A stretch of 64,000 nt of DNA from Eledone cirrhosa. Its lineage: Eukaryota. Below are positions 13,058 through 27,775 of this stretch, piece after piece; position 1 is the first letter of the stretch, and each line of letters starts with the position of its first letter. The stretch is from NCBI GenBank assembly GCA_964016885.1, contig CAXHJY010001670.1, positions 21,198 to 85,197 of the forward strand, written 5' to 3'. Under the pieces are notes generated by a model. It did not search any database. It saw nothing but the letters and a program-made list of their open reading frames with translations, and was not told the origin of the DNA. A program made the position numbers and the translations under genes.

Positions 13058-13532
13058 GGTGGGGGATTGGTGGATTGGTAGAGCATCGATCAACATGCTT
13101 TGTGGCACATTGTTACGTCTCTTTATGTTCTGAGTTCAAATCCCACCGAGGTTAACTTTGCCTTTCATCCTTACGGAGTCGCCAAAATAAAGTACCAGTA
13201 ATGTACTGGAGTCGATTTTATCGACATTTTCCTCATCATATTGCAGTTTCAGTTTCAGTGGTCTTATTCGCACTGTTCTTATCCCCTACCCCGAAAATGT
13301 TGGCCTCGTGATTAAACAAGAAATCATTATACTACTGGAAACTGAGGGCGATGGCTTGGTAGACTGTCGGCATTTAGCTACGTTCCTTTATGCTCTGAGT
13401 TCAAATTAGCTTTGCCTTTCATCATTACGAGATCGATAAAATAAAATACCAGTAACGCACTGGGGTCGATTTAATTGACTTCCACCCACGCCACAAAAAA
13501 ATGTAAGCCTTATACCTAAATCAGAAACCATT
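13058..13532 (+). mobile_element. Two tandem tRNA-headed SINEs
   Basis: gagttcaaat, gcctttcatc and ataaagtaccag motifs each occur twice. Confidence 0.8.
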
Positions 13533-13979
13533 ATACAAACGGAAACTTAAAAAAAAAAATAAAGTAAACTAACATAACCGCATAGGAATATGCTGAAATA
13601 GAGCATGGGTTCAGGGTTGATCTCTCTGTGGAATGCAACAACAGCAACATAAGGCTGTGAAGTCAGGCAATAGAAATATAGAAATATCTTATCTTTATAA
13701 CCCCTAAAACAATGTATAAACGGGACAAATGCAAGACGGATACAGATAATTAATACAAACGACCAAATTGTCTCATTTAAAGTTATAAAAAACCATTAAT
13801 TATATATACAAACATTGCTAGTGCTCCGATGATACCAAACGAAAGTTTGGAAGGAACGATTGTCAGCAATAAAATGATTTGAAGATAGCTTTGAATGTTG
13901 TGTAATTTATATAAATAAAACCCAGACATATGGACGACACAGTCTAAATGGATAGCCATAAGAAATACGTATCTATTTG

Positions 13980-15151
13980 TCGGTAACTACTGGTGAAGTC
14001 ATAGGGGTGCCGCCGTCACATGTGGCGTTCCTTGAGCTTATTAAACATAGCGGAGCCTATCCTCTATCCAGGTTTGAACACAGACCATTTCTTCCAGAGA
14101 CAGACAGACAGACAGAGAGAGAGAGAATTGATCCCTGGTATTGGACTGGTACGTTCTTTTTATATCGACCTCGAAAAAATGAAAGGCAAAGTTAGCATCT
14201 GCGGGATTTGAACTGAGAGATCTGAGAGCCGGGACGACCACCTCAAAGTATTCTATCCAACGTTCTAACGACATTTCACCGCCTATCATAAAGAGATATA
14301 AAAAAAAACAACACGATGTAAAACAACAGGTATTTTACGTTCTGAGTTCAAATCTCGCCAAGGTTAGCTTTGCCTTTCATGCTTACGGGGTCGATAAAAT
14401 AAAGTACCAGTAACGCACTGAATCCCCTTAAATTGTTGGCCTTGTGACTAAATCAGAAACCATTACTAGATTGATCTCGCTACATGACCAATCTAAACTC
14501 GCTAAATCTACCTTAGCAATAAGTCCTACCTATGAATAAGTCTCTTCACTTCTAATTCTTAATAAAATATCATTACTCTCTCCCCACTATTAATGGTGGA
14601 GATTTCTCCGAATTATTTTAAAATGTTCTCAGTGGGTTTCCTGTATCTTGCTTCGTGTTTATATTATCTCCGTCGTTCTCATAACCTGGGTCCGATACTT
14701 CCTCTATCTATATCCCTTTCTCGCTTTCTCTCTCTCTCTCTCAGAATCGGTAGAACGTCAGACAACATGCTTTACAGCATAGAGTTATGGCCCTTTACTT
14801 TCTGAGTTCAAATCCCGCCAAGGTTAACTTTGTCTTTCATCCTTACGGTGTCGAGTACCAGTAATGCACTAGGGTAATTGCTGGCCTTGTGCCAATTATT
14901 TATATGTGCCAATTATTTATATGTGCCAAAAGTCCGGGCAAGGTTGTTTGTGGGAGACCAGCAGTCGCCCATGCATACCAGCCTCCTCTCTCCACGCCAC
15001 CGATGTTCTCCAAAGGGAAGGCTATGGCCGATACAGCTTGGCACCAGTGACGTCGCAACTCATTTCTACAGCTGAGTGATCTGGAGCAACGTGAAATAAA
15101 GTGTCTTGTTCAAGAACACAAAGCCTGGTCCGAGAATAGAACTATCTCTCT

Positions 15152-15187
<36 letters not shown>

Positions 15188-15323
15188 ATAATAAGAAATT
15201 TGAAGACAAAATCCAAAGAGGGCTCGATAAGGATAAATATATATAAAATATATAAGAACCGTAGAGCAAATAGTTAAAGGTGAAAGCAGCGATTCTTTGC
15301 TTAAACTTTAATCTGTTATTTTA

Positions 15324-15365
<42 letters not shown>

Positions 15366-15635
15366 ACTTATAATTATTGACGCACGTGTGAAAAAGTACT
15401 CAAAACTGAAGGAGAGTTTCAATATTCATTTAATAAGTGGTGAGCCTTGTTACACTGGGGGGAATAGCAGAGTTGATTTTATCAATCCCAATACTTCACG
15501 GGTACTTTATTTTTGTCGAATCCGGAAAAATAAAAGGTATTGTTGACCGCAGTGGGATTTGAACTGAGAATGTAAAGAACCAGAATAAAATACTGCAATG
15601 GTATTATATTTTACCAGTTTTGCCAATCCACCACC
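13980..15635. mobile_element. SINE cluster, mixed orientation and families
   Basis: Copies at ~13980-14285 (-), 14330-14465 (+), 14745-14895 (+), 14935-15135 (-, second family) and 15450-15635 (-). Confidence 0.7.
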
Positions 15636-16115
15636 CACGTTTTGATAGTAAATATTGATTATGCGAGTGTGCGGATATTGTAATGGTTCGATGACCTACA
15701 GCTGTTGGAAAATGTTAGTAAATTGTATCTATTACATTTTATGCAATTCTCTGGAAGTATGACACCTAGAGGGAAATGTCTAATAAACTAATCAACAATA
15801 AACTACATCATCTGGCCTATCGTATTGAAGACATAATAGTATTGTTTAGTCTAATGAGAATAGAGCTATTATTTACAGCTGATGGGGGAAGTTAAAGAGT
15901 GCAGTATTAGTAGCTGATGGGCTGATGTTTCATATGAGAGTCGACTGTAGCGTTCATAGGCTGACTATGAAAGAGTGATGCTAGAGCTGTGAAATCTTGC
16001 CTGTATTTATTTCAACTCTTCTTATTAATAACTGTGTTGTTCCTTTCCTGGGACTATGTTGAAAAGTAAATAAACCTCATTTGGTCATTCGATGAGAGTA
16101 TCTTGGTTTGGTCAG

Positions 16116-16167
<52 letters not shown>

Positions 16168-16379
16168 CATTATCGGAGAAAACTTTTAGCGATACTCCGG
16201 CCAACAAACATTAGGAAATAAGTGAGTATATTCCTAATTAAACGTTCGGGGTGCTAACTAATTGTAATTTTATTGTGTAGAAAATTTGGCTGTATTATTT
16301 CATATGAGACATATCGAATATATATATATATATATACACACGAGGATTGGCTTATACCTAATATATATATGAAGGTTGG

Positions 16380-16423
<44 letters not shown>

Positions 16424-16841
16424 GGTTTTAAAAATGCCACAAGAAACGCTTAATGTCAATACGCCACGACCCCCACCATACGAATTCATCAGATGTTACG
16501 GGTCCACGTCGATGCCATACCAATCTGTTTTGTGTTGAGGATTTGGTTTCTGTTTCTAGCACAATGAGTTACCATACAGAATCTTCCTATAGAATCTTCC
16601 TATACGCATGTATCTATGCCGTGAGCTTAACAAGATGATGTTTTCAAACAAAAAACACACACCCTAACCGAATTCTTCAAATTCACTCCATTAGCAGTTG
16701 GGTTAAACTATTCAAAACTTTCTAAGTGTTTTCCTGTTTTAGGCTGAAGATATTACAATTGCCTAAATGCTATTTAATACATAATCTTAATTCTTGGAAA
16801 CTAACTTGTTCGTTCTTTTGTTAAACTATCATACACGCACG

Positions 16842-16955
<114 letters not shown>

Positions 16956-17002
16956 AATTACATACGTACGTACGTACGTACATACATACTGCGTAGGTAC
17001 AT

Positions 17003-17035
<33 letters not shown>

Positions 17036-17479
17036 AAAACGTACATATAAATACGTACGTACGTATGTACATACATACTACGTAGGTACATATACACACA
17101 CCACACACATATGTATATATATATAAATACGTACGTACGTACGTAGGTACATATACACACACATTTATATATATAAATACGTACGTACGTACATACATAC
17201 ATACGTAGGTACATATACACATATATATATATATAAATGCGTACGTACGTACATACATACAACCTAGGTACATACACACACACCCATATATATAAGTACG
17301 TAAGTACATACATACGTAGGTACATATATATACACATATATCTATATATATATATAAATACGCACGTACGTACATACGTACATACATACATACGTATGTA
17401 CATGAGTGCATAGATACATACAGATATACATACATGCATCCAAGCATACATACATACATAGAAACAAACAGATTCATAC

Positions 17480-17511
<32 letters not shown>

Positions 17512-17948
17512 TTACATACATATATACATACATGCATCCATGCATACATATATACATACATACATACATAGAAACAGATTCATACATATATATATATACA
17601 TACATATTTACATACATATATACATACATGCATCCATGCATACATATATACATACATTCATACATATATATATACATACATATTTACATACATATATACA
17701 TACATGCATCCATGCATACATATATACATACATACATACATACATACATACATAGAAACAGATTCATACATATATATATACATACATATTTACATACATA
17801 CATATTTACATAAACACTCATACATACATACATGATGGCTGCCCCCTCGTTATCGAGTATGGCCATTGCATGAGAAGAAAAAAAAAAAAAAAATAAATAA
17901 ATAAAAAAAATAAATAAAATAAAATAATAATAATAATAATAATAAAGT

Positions 17949-18140
17949 TTCCAGGGATGGTTAAAGAAAATCGGCCCCTTCACGCTTTTTGGAACGCTTC
18001 AAAAGGCATGCTTGCTGGGAACAGCAAGAACCCTCCGATACGTCCTGAATATCTGAGGCTGCAGGTAGTGGCTTGATATTCATTCCAACGGACTTTCCAG
18101 TTAACCAACATCAATGACTGAGATTCAAGGAATAACAACA
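17949..18140 (+). pseudogene. R4/Dong-like retrotransposon 3' end inserted in (TAA)n
   Basis: FQGWLKKIGPFTLFGTLQKACLLGTARTLRYVLNI* (stop at 18056), short 3' UTR, (TAA)n on both sides. Confidence 0.75.
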
Positions 18141-18174
18141 ATAATAATAAAATAATAATAATAATAATAATAAT

Positions 18175-18363
18175 AATTGTTTCTACTTTTAGGCACAAGG
18201 CCAGCAATTACCCAGTGCATTACTGGTACTTTATTTTATCGACCCCGTAAGGATGAAAGGCAAAGTGAACCTCGGCGGGATTTGAACTCAGATCGTAAAG
18301 GGACGTAACTATGCTGTAAAGCATGGCGTCCGACCCTCTACCGATACTGCCAATCTACCGCCC

Positions 18364-18365
<2 letters not shown>
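18175..18365 (-). mobile_element. Young tRNA-headed SINE
   Basis: Near-identical to 31708-31885, 58870-59058 and 61608-61780. Confidence 0.85.
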
Positions 18366-18397
<32 letters not shown>

Positions 18398-18650
18398 GTA
18401 CTTACGTACATACATACATATTTATATAAATACACAAACATACACACATACATAGACACATATACACACATACGTAGACACACGTTTCCATACGATATTT
18501 CAGTGTTAACTACCTACAACAGACATTGCAAATATCAGCATCCTGCATTGGTTATACGATATCTTCCATGGAAGCTGTGGTTGTATGGAAACACATCTTT
18601 ATATATACGTTGGTTATATTTGTTTTTCTAATACTCCTCCTCACCCCCCT

Positions 18651-18709
<59 letters not shown>

Positions 18710-18905
18710 ATATATATATATACGTATGTGTTTATGTATGTATATACAGAATCATATAAATAATATATATATATATATATATATATGTGTATATATATGT
18801 ATATATATATATATATATGTATTAGGGTAAATATTGATGCAATTCAATTCAAGCACTCAACGTACTTTTTCCACATCTGAAACTACTTCGCTTTTTTCTT
18901 ATTCG

Positions 18906-18967
<62 letters not shown>

Positions 18968-19145
18968 CATATATATATATAATACATATATATAATACAT
19001 ATGTACATATATATATACATATATGTATATATATTTATATTTATAATACATATATATGTATATATATATATATATATTTATAATACATATATATGTATAT
19101 GTATATATATATATACAAGCAAATTATAAACGTAAACATGTAAAA

Positions 19146-19194
<49 letters not shown>

Positions 19195-19198
19195 ATAC

Positions 19199-19261
<63 letters not shown>

Positions 19262-19486
19262 ATACATATATATGTATATATGTATACTAACATATAACCT
19301 AATGTTTGTTGAGTGAGATGGTTGCCAGTCGGAGTTTAGCGTTAAGCTATCTCTGTTATTGTATTAAATATTATATATATGTATATATATATATATAGTT
19401 ATAATACATATATATGTATATATATATATATATTTATAATACATATATATGTATATATATATATATATATATATTTATAATACATA

Positions 19487-19534
<48 letters not shown>

Positions 19535-19541
19535 ATACATA

Positions 19542-19581
<40 letters not shown>

Positions 19582-19628
19582 ATACATATATATGTATATA
19601 TATATATATTTATAATACATATATATAT

Positions 19629-19720
19629 CTAAGGCGGGTAAAATTCCCGAGATCCATGGACGAGTTCTCTCCAGCGGTCTCTGTCCCTCATTATCGCTGC
19701 CATGTCCTGCGTCTTCAAGG
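19629..19720 (-). mobile_element. RTE LINE 3' tip
   Basis: Reverse complement of ~22529-22615. Confidence 0.75.
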
Positions 19721-19724
19721 ACAG

Positions 19725-19789
<65 letters not shown>

Positions 19790-19908
19790 ATACATATATA
19801 TATATATATTTATAATACATATATATATATAATATATATATATGTATATATATGTATATATATATGTAGAATTCACATGAATCAAAGTTCTGGTCAAACC
19901 ATTTATTA

Positions 19909-19953
19909 GCTTACAATTGTTTCATCCAAACCGAGGTTTGGAGTCTTCGGAGC
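19909..19953 (-). ncRNA. Minimal type I HHR, U4C core variant
   Basis: gct-CCGAAGA-c-tccaaac(ctcg)gtttgga-t-GAAAC-aatt-GTA-agc followed by AATAAA. Confidence 0.6.
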
Positions 19954-20533
19954 AATTTTTCAATGTTTGTTTACATACATGACCTCCTTTCCAACACAAG
20001 AGACATACAGATACATATGTATATATTGATGCACAGTGGGGCGACATCCATTATATTATTTTTGCATGGCAATTTAAATTCAAAAATTAAAATCATATTA
20101 AAACAGAATCAAAGCAAAATTAAAATTAAAACTAAAGTACAACATCGGCAGTTTACGAAGATAATGCAATAGGATAGTTTGTTAGTCAGTTGTAGTAGTT
20201 ATTGCATACAATAGTTACACGTGGGGCATGCACGTGTGTCTTATTTATATATGATTACTGTGCGGCAAGGTGTTATATGCAATACAAGCACTTTAAGCGG
20301 GTAATCAAGAGTATTATGGAGGTTGTAGTGGTAAAGTATTTTTTGTGTATGATAAAGAAGCTTGTGTGCAGAGAAATATTAGAAATGAGAAGCAAAATAA
20401 TGATATGGTTTTTGTATACACCACCATTTTCACAATTCAGGAAACGTAATATATAGTTTATATGTCCTTCACATAATTAACGATGTTAATTATGTGAAGG
20501 ACATATAAACTATATATAACGATGTTATATATA

Positions 20534-21040
20534 CATAGTGCTGGGCCCATGGTACCATGTGACGACAAGTGCAGAGAGATCTCCAGATATAAAGCAATGC
20601 CTGTGCCGTGAAGCTTTTATAGTGAGCAAAGGCACTGCACATACATACATACATACATACATACATACGTACATACATACATACATACATACATACATAC
20701 ATACATACATACATAGATGGTGGCTGCCAACTCGTTTTCGAGTACGGCCACTACTTTATATCCATGTAGGAGAACCCCTACCGATGCGCTGAACGAGTGT
20801 GACTTTTTAGTCCAGCCAGCGACTTGAAAACTCTGGTACAAACACTACACTTGTGACAATTACTGACACATAGTGCTGGGCCCATGGTACCATGTGACGA
20901 CAAGGCCATTGACTCTTAAGAGCTCCGTTGCCCTTTGACAGGTTTTATTTTTAGTCCTGCAGGATATCCAAAGTCACCCTCTTCACCAAGAAACCTCGGT
21001 GGGGTTGCCAGTTTAGTCGCCAACGACCCGACCATGAGAC
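20534..21040 (-). mobile_element. Rearranged fragments of the non-autonomous RTE element
   Basis: Match parts of 43845-44451, split by (CATA)n. Confidence 0.8.
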
Positions 21041-21129
21041 ATACATACATACATACATACATACATACATACATACATACATACATACATACATACATAC
21101 ATACATACATACATACATACATACACACG

Positions 21130-21381
21130 TGATGGCTGCAAACTCTGCTAAGAGTATTGCAATCGTTTGTCAGATTCAGATGTGTGACGCTTGGATATGG
21201 GTTTTCAAGCCTGCTAGAGACTTGCACTCCCTCACACACTGACAACAACTATGGATCTCCCTGGCCCCAGGTCTTGCATCAGGTTGCCTGTGAACCTTCA
21301 CAATACCGTGGAGATCATAGTTCACTGGTTCTCTTTGAACATGGCTGCAACTGTGGCTCCTGAGACCAGATTTGCTCAGGC
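21130..21381 (-). mobile_element. 3' end of a second RTE family
   Basis: Terminal zinc finger CCQCVRECKSLAGLKTHIQASH* followed by gcagccatca and a (TATG)n tail. Confidence 0.65.
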
Positions 21382-21444
21382 AAATACATACATACATACA
21401 TACATACATACATACATACATACATACATACATACATACATACA

Positions 21445-22018
21445 TGGTGGCTGCCAACTCGTTTTCGAGTACGGCCACTACTTTATATCCATGTAGGAGA
21501 ACACCTACCGATGCGCTGAACGAGTGTGACTTTTTATTCCAGCCAGCGACTTGAAAACTCTGGTACAAACACTACACTTGTGACAATTATTGACACATAG
21601 TGCTGGGCCCATGGTACCATGTGACGACAAGTGCAGAGAGATCTCCAGATAAAAGCAATGCCTGTGCCGTGAAGCTTTTATAGTGAGCAAAGGCACTGCA
21701 CAAAGCCAGTTCCACTCTCTTAACCAAGATGATATTTACCAAAAAGAAGAACAAGTCAACATCATTGGATACCATCAGGGTTATATCAGAGTTTTCCTTC
21801 TCCTAGAATTCTGCCTTGACAAAGGCTAAGGGGTCATCTCTCCCGGTGATTTTGGATGGCCATTGACTCTTAAGAGCTCCTTTGCCCTTTAACAGGTTTT
21901 GTTTTTGGTCCTGCAGGATGTCCAAAGTCACCCTCCTCACCAAGAAACCTTGGTGGGGTTTCCAGTTTAGTCGCCAACGACCCGACCATGAGACAGGTTG
22001 TACTGGGATACATGTTAC
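21445..22018 (-). mobile_element. Near full-length non-autonomous RTE element
   Basis: Reverse complement of 43845-44451 lacking the first ~22 nt; (CATA)n on both sides. Confidence 0.85.
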
Positions 22019-22039
22019 GTACATACATACATACATACA

Positions 22040-22075
<36 letters not shown>

Positions 22076-22084
22076 CATACACTG

Positions 22085-22625
22085 TATTTGGGAGCAAAGA
22101 TTGGGAATACGGAAAATGATGTGGTTGAGAGGAAGAGCAAAGCCTGGGCGGCGTGCCACAGCTTGAGATCGGTGTGAAAGTCGGACCTTCGTAAAGACCT
22201 GAAAATCCGCCTCTTCATTGCTGTAGTAGAGTCTGTGGTGCTGTGCGGGTCTGAAACTTGGACACTGACCAAGAAATTCACTCAGATGGTGGATGGGTGC
22301 TACAGGAGAATGCTGAGGATGGCTCTGAACATTAATCAGTATACACTGAGGTTGAAAAAGTCAGCTCAAAAGTGACACAGAGAAGATTGAGGTTAGCTGG
22401 ACATGTTCACCGACATCCAGAGTTGACACTACACTCAGTGCTCCTGTGGGAGCCCCTACATGGACACACTGGAAGAGGAAGACCAAGGTTAACGTATGTT
22501 GATGCCCTAAGGACAGACACTGGTCTGTTGAAGACGCAGGACATGGCAGCGATAATGAGGGACAGAGACCGCTGGAGAGAACTCGTCAATGGATCTCGGA
22601 ATTTTACCCGCCCTCGAATAAATAC
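22085..22625 (+). pseudogene. RTE-clade LINE ORF C-terminal fragment
   Basis: YLG...KAWAACHSL...KIRLFIAVVESVVLCGSETWTLTK...RRLRLAGHVHRH...LLWEP...RGRPRLTYVD...DRDRWR. Confidence 0.88.
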
Positions 22626-22653
22626 ACTAAACACATATATATTTTTTTTCATT

Positions 22654-22766
<113 letters not shown>

Positions 22767-23174
22767 TAAATGGAAACTATATTTATAAAACCATATTTAT
22801 TTTATTATATATATTTCAAGGGTACCAACAATTTTGGTACACACTCATCAGATCAAATATACAAGTTGTTTTACAGATAGTGACATATTCCAAACAAGGA
22901 CTTATCGTAGTTTAAAACTGGTTTTATCCTGATATATGTGTGTGTGTATATATATATATAAACGGAAAAAAATGAAATGAAATTTCATTTCCCACTCTTA
23001 GTACGGCTGTTACTTAAATATAAGTATGTATATTTAAATATAAGTATATGTTAAATATAAGTATGTGCACCCGGCCGATTAACCCACTCGATATGCAAAT
23101 TGGGCTACTCAGCCGTTAATATGCATAAGGAAAGTATATACTTTCAGACGTTCAATCAAGTGGCAGGAAGGTAT

Positions 23175-23217
23175 ACGTTGCTGACGATAGCTAATAAGTT
23201 TGAAACTAGTATAGCGT
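23175..23217 (+). ncRNA. Minimal type I hammerhead ribozyme motif
   Basis: acgttg-CTGACGA-t-agct(aata)agtt-t-GAAAC-ta-GTA-tagcgt; palindromic ACTAGT stem III; stems I and II rely on G-U pairs. Confidence 0.6.
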
Positions 23218-23355
23218 TCCTTTGTCAGTGTTGAACAAATGAGCAACAATGGTTGCTAAACACTGTACGGCTTAATTCGGGATGTTTGTTTACAAACACA
23301 CCGAGCATTATAATAAATGTTCGGTGAATCCATACGTACATATATATATGTGTGC

Positions 23356-23386
<31 letters not shown>

Positions 23387-23432
23387 CATGCTACTGTACG
23401 TCCGTATACATATATGTATGTACGTATACATA

Positions 23433-23568
<136 letters not shown>

Positions 23569-23593
23569 CATATATATATACATATATATATAA

Positions 23594-23700
<107 letters not shown>

Positions 23701-23713
23701 CATATATATATAC

Positions 23714-23772
<59 letters not shown>

Positions 23773-23886
23773 TACATATATCAGGATGAACCAGTTTTAA
23801 ACTATTTAGACCATTACTCTACAGAGTACTCGTTACTTGAGATAATAGTGTATGACTATAATAGAAAGAGTTGAGCCCCGACTCAT

Positions 23887-23984
<98 letters not shown>

Positions 23985-24019
23985 CAACGGGAACTGTGTG
24001 CGTTTCATCGTGCCGCCAG

Positions 24020-24085
24020 TTTTAGAGAACTAGGATTTAAGGTTCCTCTTTACCCTGCATCATAGTTTTCAGATAACCACTTTCA
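24020..24085 (+). pseudogene. Possible very decayed mariner transposase fragment
   Basis: FRELGFKVPLYPAS*FSDNHF weakly resembles LxELGWEVLPHPPYSPDLAPSDYHLF. Confidence 0.25.
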
Positions 24086-24387
24086 TAAACAGGTTGCCTT
24101 TATTACATCTTGCGGAGCCCACGTCTACCTCGCGCAGTCTTATTTATTTCGAATAATTGCCCTGAAGCCACATCGTAGCCTCGTTATAATCGTGCTGATC
24201 AATCAACTGCCTACGTTTCGTTTGTCATCTTGTCATATCGTGTGTCAATGTATGTGTGTATGAAGATGTATACATTTTTATGTGTATACACATATATATA
24301 CATATGTGTGTGTATCTGTGTGTATGTGTATGTATGTATGTATGTATGTATGTATGTATGTATGTATGTATGTATGTATGTATGTAT

Positions 24388-24550
24388 GTCATCTCTCCCG
24401 TGTCAGTAATTGTCACAAGTGTAGTGTTTGTACCAGAGTTTTCAAGTCGCTGGCTGGACTAAAAAGTCACACTCGTTCAGCGCATCGGTAGGAGTCCTCC
24501 TACATGGATATAAAGTAGTGGCCGTACTCGAAAATGAGTTGGCAGCCACC

Positions 24551-24583
<33 letters not shown>

Positions 24584-25511
24584 TGTATGTATGTATGTAT
24601 GTATGTATGTATGTATGTTTTCTCTTTCTCTTAATTTTGAGTATATTTTTTTGACCGGCCACCTTCCTGGTGGCAAGTATGTATGTATGTATGTATGTAT
24701 GTATGTATGTATGTATGTATGTATGTATGTATGTATGTATGTATGTATGTATGTATGTGCAGTGCCTTTGCTGACTATAAAAGCTTCACGGCACAGGCAT
24801 TGCTTTATATCTGGAGATCTCTCTGCACTTGTCATCACATTGTATCATGGGCCCAGCACTATGTGTCAATATTTGTCACAAGTGTAGTGTTTGTACCAGA
24901 GTTTTCAAGTCGCTGGCTGGACTAAAAAGTCACACTCGTTCAGCGCATCGGTAGGAGTTCTCCTACATGGATATAAAGTAGTGGCCGTACTCGAAAACGA
25001 GTTGGCAGCCACCATATATGTATGTATGTATGTATGCATGTATGTATGTATGTATGTATGTATGTATGTATGTATGTATGTATGTATGTATGCATGTATG
25101 TATGTATGTATGTATGTATGTATGTATGTAGGCAGAATTCTAGGAGAAGGAAAACTCTGATATAACACCTGCAACCCTGATGGTATCCAATGATGTTGAC
25201 TTGTTCTTCTTTTTGGTAAATATCATCTTGGTTAAGAGAGTGGGACTGGCTTTGTGCAGTGCCTTTGCTCACTATAAAAGCTTCACGGCACAGGCATTTT
25301 TTTTATATCTGGAGATCTCTCTGCACTTGTCATCACATGGTATCATGGGCCCAGCACTATGTGTCAATATTTGTCACAAGTGTAGTGTTTGTACCAGAGT
25401 TTTCAAGTTGCTGGCTGGACTAAAAAGTCACACTCGTTCAGCGCATCGGTAGGAGTCCTCCTACATGGATATAAAGTAGTGGCCGTACTCGAAAACGAGT
25501 TGGCAGCCACC

Positions 25512-25512
<1 letters not shown>
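24388..25512 (+). mobile_element. Three 5'-truncated copies of the non-autonomous RTE element in (TATG)n
   Basis: 3' ends gttggcagccacca at ~24551, ~25014 and ~25512. Confidence 0.85.
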
Positions 25513-25544
<32 letters not shown>

Positions 25545-25551
25545 TGTATGT

Positions 25552-25795
25552 TATATCTCTTTCTCTTAATTTCGAGTATATTTTTTTGACCGGCCACCTT
25601 CCTGGTGGCAAGGTTGTAAAAGAAAAGAAATTGTTATCCCTTGAATCGCAAGAATGTTTTTCAAATTTTGAAGGTGCCAGCTATCGCAGCCATTTGTAGA
25701 CTATGAATTAGGGAGCTGCGCTTTTTGTCCGCAAATCCAAGTTCAGTCATACTTTGGTCCAAGCGGGTTGGTATATAACCCGTAGCTCCAATAAT
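25552..25795 (-). pseudogene. RLE-type (R4/NeSL-like) retrotransposon 3' end
   Basis: IIGATGYIP...LGF...LQMAAIAGTFKI; its 3' UTR is duplicated at 24617-24678. Confidence 0.7.
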
Positions 25796-25858
25796 GTATG
25801 TATGTATGTATGTATGTATGTATGTATGTATGTATGTATGTATGTATGTATGTATGTA

Positions 25859-25911
<53 letters not shown>

Positions 25912-25928
25912 ATGTATGTATGTATGTA

Positions 25929-25959
<31 letters not shown>

Positions 25960-26007
25960 ATGTGTGTGTGTATGTGTGTGTGTGTGTGTGTGTGTATGTA
26001 TCTGTGT

Positions 26008-26093
<86 letters not shown>

Positions 26094-26652
26094 GTGTGTA
26101 TGTATGTATGTATGTATGTATGTATGTACGTACGTACGTATGTATGTATGTATGTATGTATGTATGTATGTATGTATGTATGTATGTATGTATGTATGTA
26201 TGTATGTATGTATGTATGTATGTATGTATGTATGTATGCATGCATGTATGTGTGTGTGTAGTAGAACTATTACTCTAATAGAGCCTGATTCTGTGGTATT
26301 GGCCAACACAGCAAAACATTAAATAATCATTCTTGAATCAATGAACAATGAACATAAGTTAAGGAACGCAGGCGAAAGCTGTTAACTGCCGTCAGGCTGA
26401 CCTGTAGCTTCAGTCGTTTGAAACCGAGGTCATCACGCGAGATCTTCACCTTCTACATGTTACTGTGCTGTCAAGAACAACTGTGCGACTAAGAATAACA
26501 GCCGCCATTGTCCGTCGTCTTTGTTAGTGATCGTGGAATCGTGGAATCGTGTTTACAAACATATACAAACACACACATACATGCATACATACATATATAC
26601 ATACATATATACATAGATAGATGTGTGTATACATAGATATGTGTTTGAACGC

Positions 26653-26740
<88 letters not shown>

Positions 26741-26834
26741 CATACATCACACACACATATGTTAGGCTTATGTATTTGTTTTTCTGTGTGCATTTTCTGC
26801 TGATTATATATATATATATATAATCAGCAGAAAA

Positions 26835-27435
26835 TGCCCGGGCGTCACCGACCTGTGGGGCTATGTAGAACGACTATTGTCGCGGGTGGGGCCAATCCAG
26901 TTGACCACCGAGTCCATTGTCATGATCAAACCGCCACCCTCCTTCAAAAACGAAGGAGAGGCGGTTTTCCTTTGTGTGATAGCTATGGCGAAAGTGGTTG
27001 TATGGTGGACGAGGTTGAAAGGGCTGAGGTCAGACACCTTTCTCTCCGGCCAACAACTGATTCTTTTTTTCAAATACCACTTTGGAAGAAGAATCAGGAT
27101 GGAGAGAGAGGTGCTGTACCCCAGCAAGTTTTATGAAAGGTGGGTGAAAGTGGAGAGAATGGCCCGAGTGAATGGGCCTTCTCTCTATATCAGCCTGTAG
27201 GTTGAGGAAAAGGAGGAGGAGAGGAAAGGAGTACAAGCTCTTCGTACTCCTGGAGATGAGGGTTGCACATTTTTTTTCGGGGGTATGTGTTACCCATATA
27301 GACTGTCTCCCTCTATTGGGGAAAATCGACTAACTTTTAAATTCCATCTGTGATAACATTTTACACGTTTTTATTGTATGTAAACTTCCCCCTTTGTATT
27401 TGTCCCCTTCTTTTGTGCCCCTGTGGCTAATAAAG

Positions 27436-27440
<5 letters not shown>
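26835..27440 (+). pseudogene. Tx1/L1-clade LINE 3' fragment
   Basis: LWGYVERLLSRV...CVIAMAKVVVWWTR...FYERW; homologous to 38400-38790; ends aataaagaaa then (TA)n. Confidence 0.75.
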
Positions 27441-27496
<56 letters not shown>

Positions 27497-27499
<3 letters not shown>

Positions 27500-27672
27500 G
27501 AAAGAAGCTTTCGCCGTATGTTTGACTAAAGCAATTTTAGCCTGATAGTGGGGTTTAAAAGCCTCTTAAACCCTACTATAAGGCAAAAATCTCTTTAGTA
27601 AAAAATACGGCGGAAGCTTCTATTTCTACTAAATTTCCAAGTTCACTCGCTGTTTCAAAACAAATGTACCTT
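27497..27672 (+). mobile_element. Fold-back mini-element in (TA)n
   Basis: gtagaaa-gaagctttcgccgtat...ggggtttaa pairs with ttaaaccc...atacggcggaagcttc-tatttctac; related sequence on the opposite strand at 32738-32845. Confidence 0.6.
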
Positions 27673-27676
27673 ATAT

Positions 27677-27741
<65 letters not shown>

Positions 27742-27775
27742 TTACAATAATCAAAGTTCAGTTTAAATCATTTAT

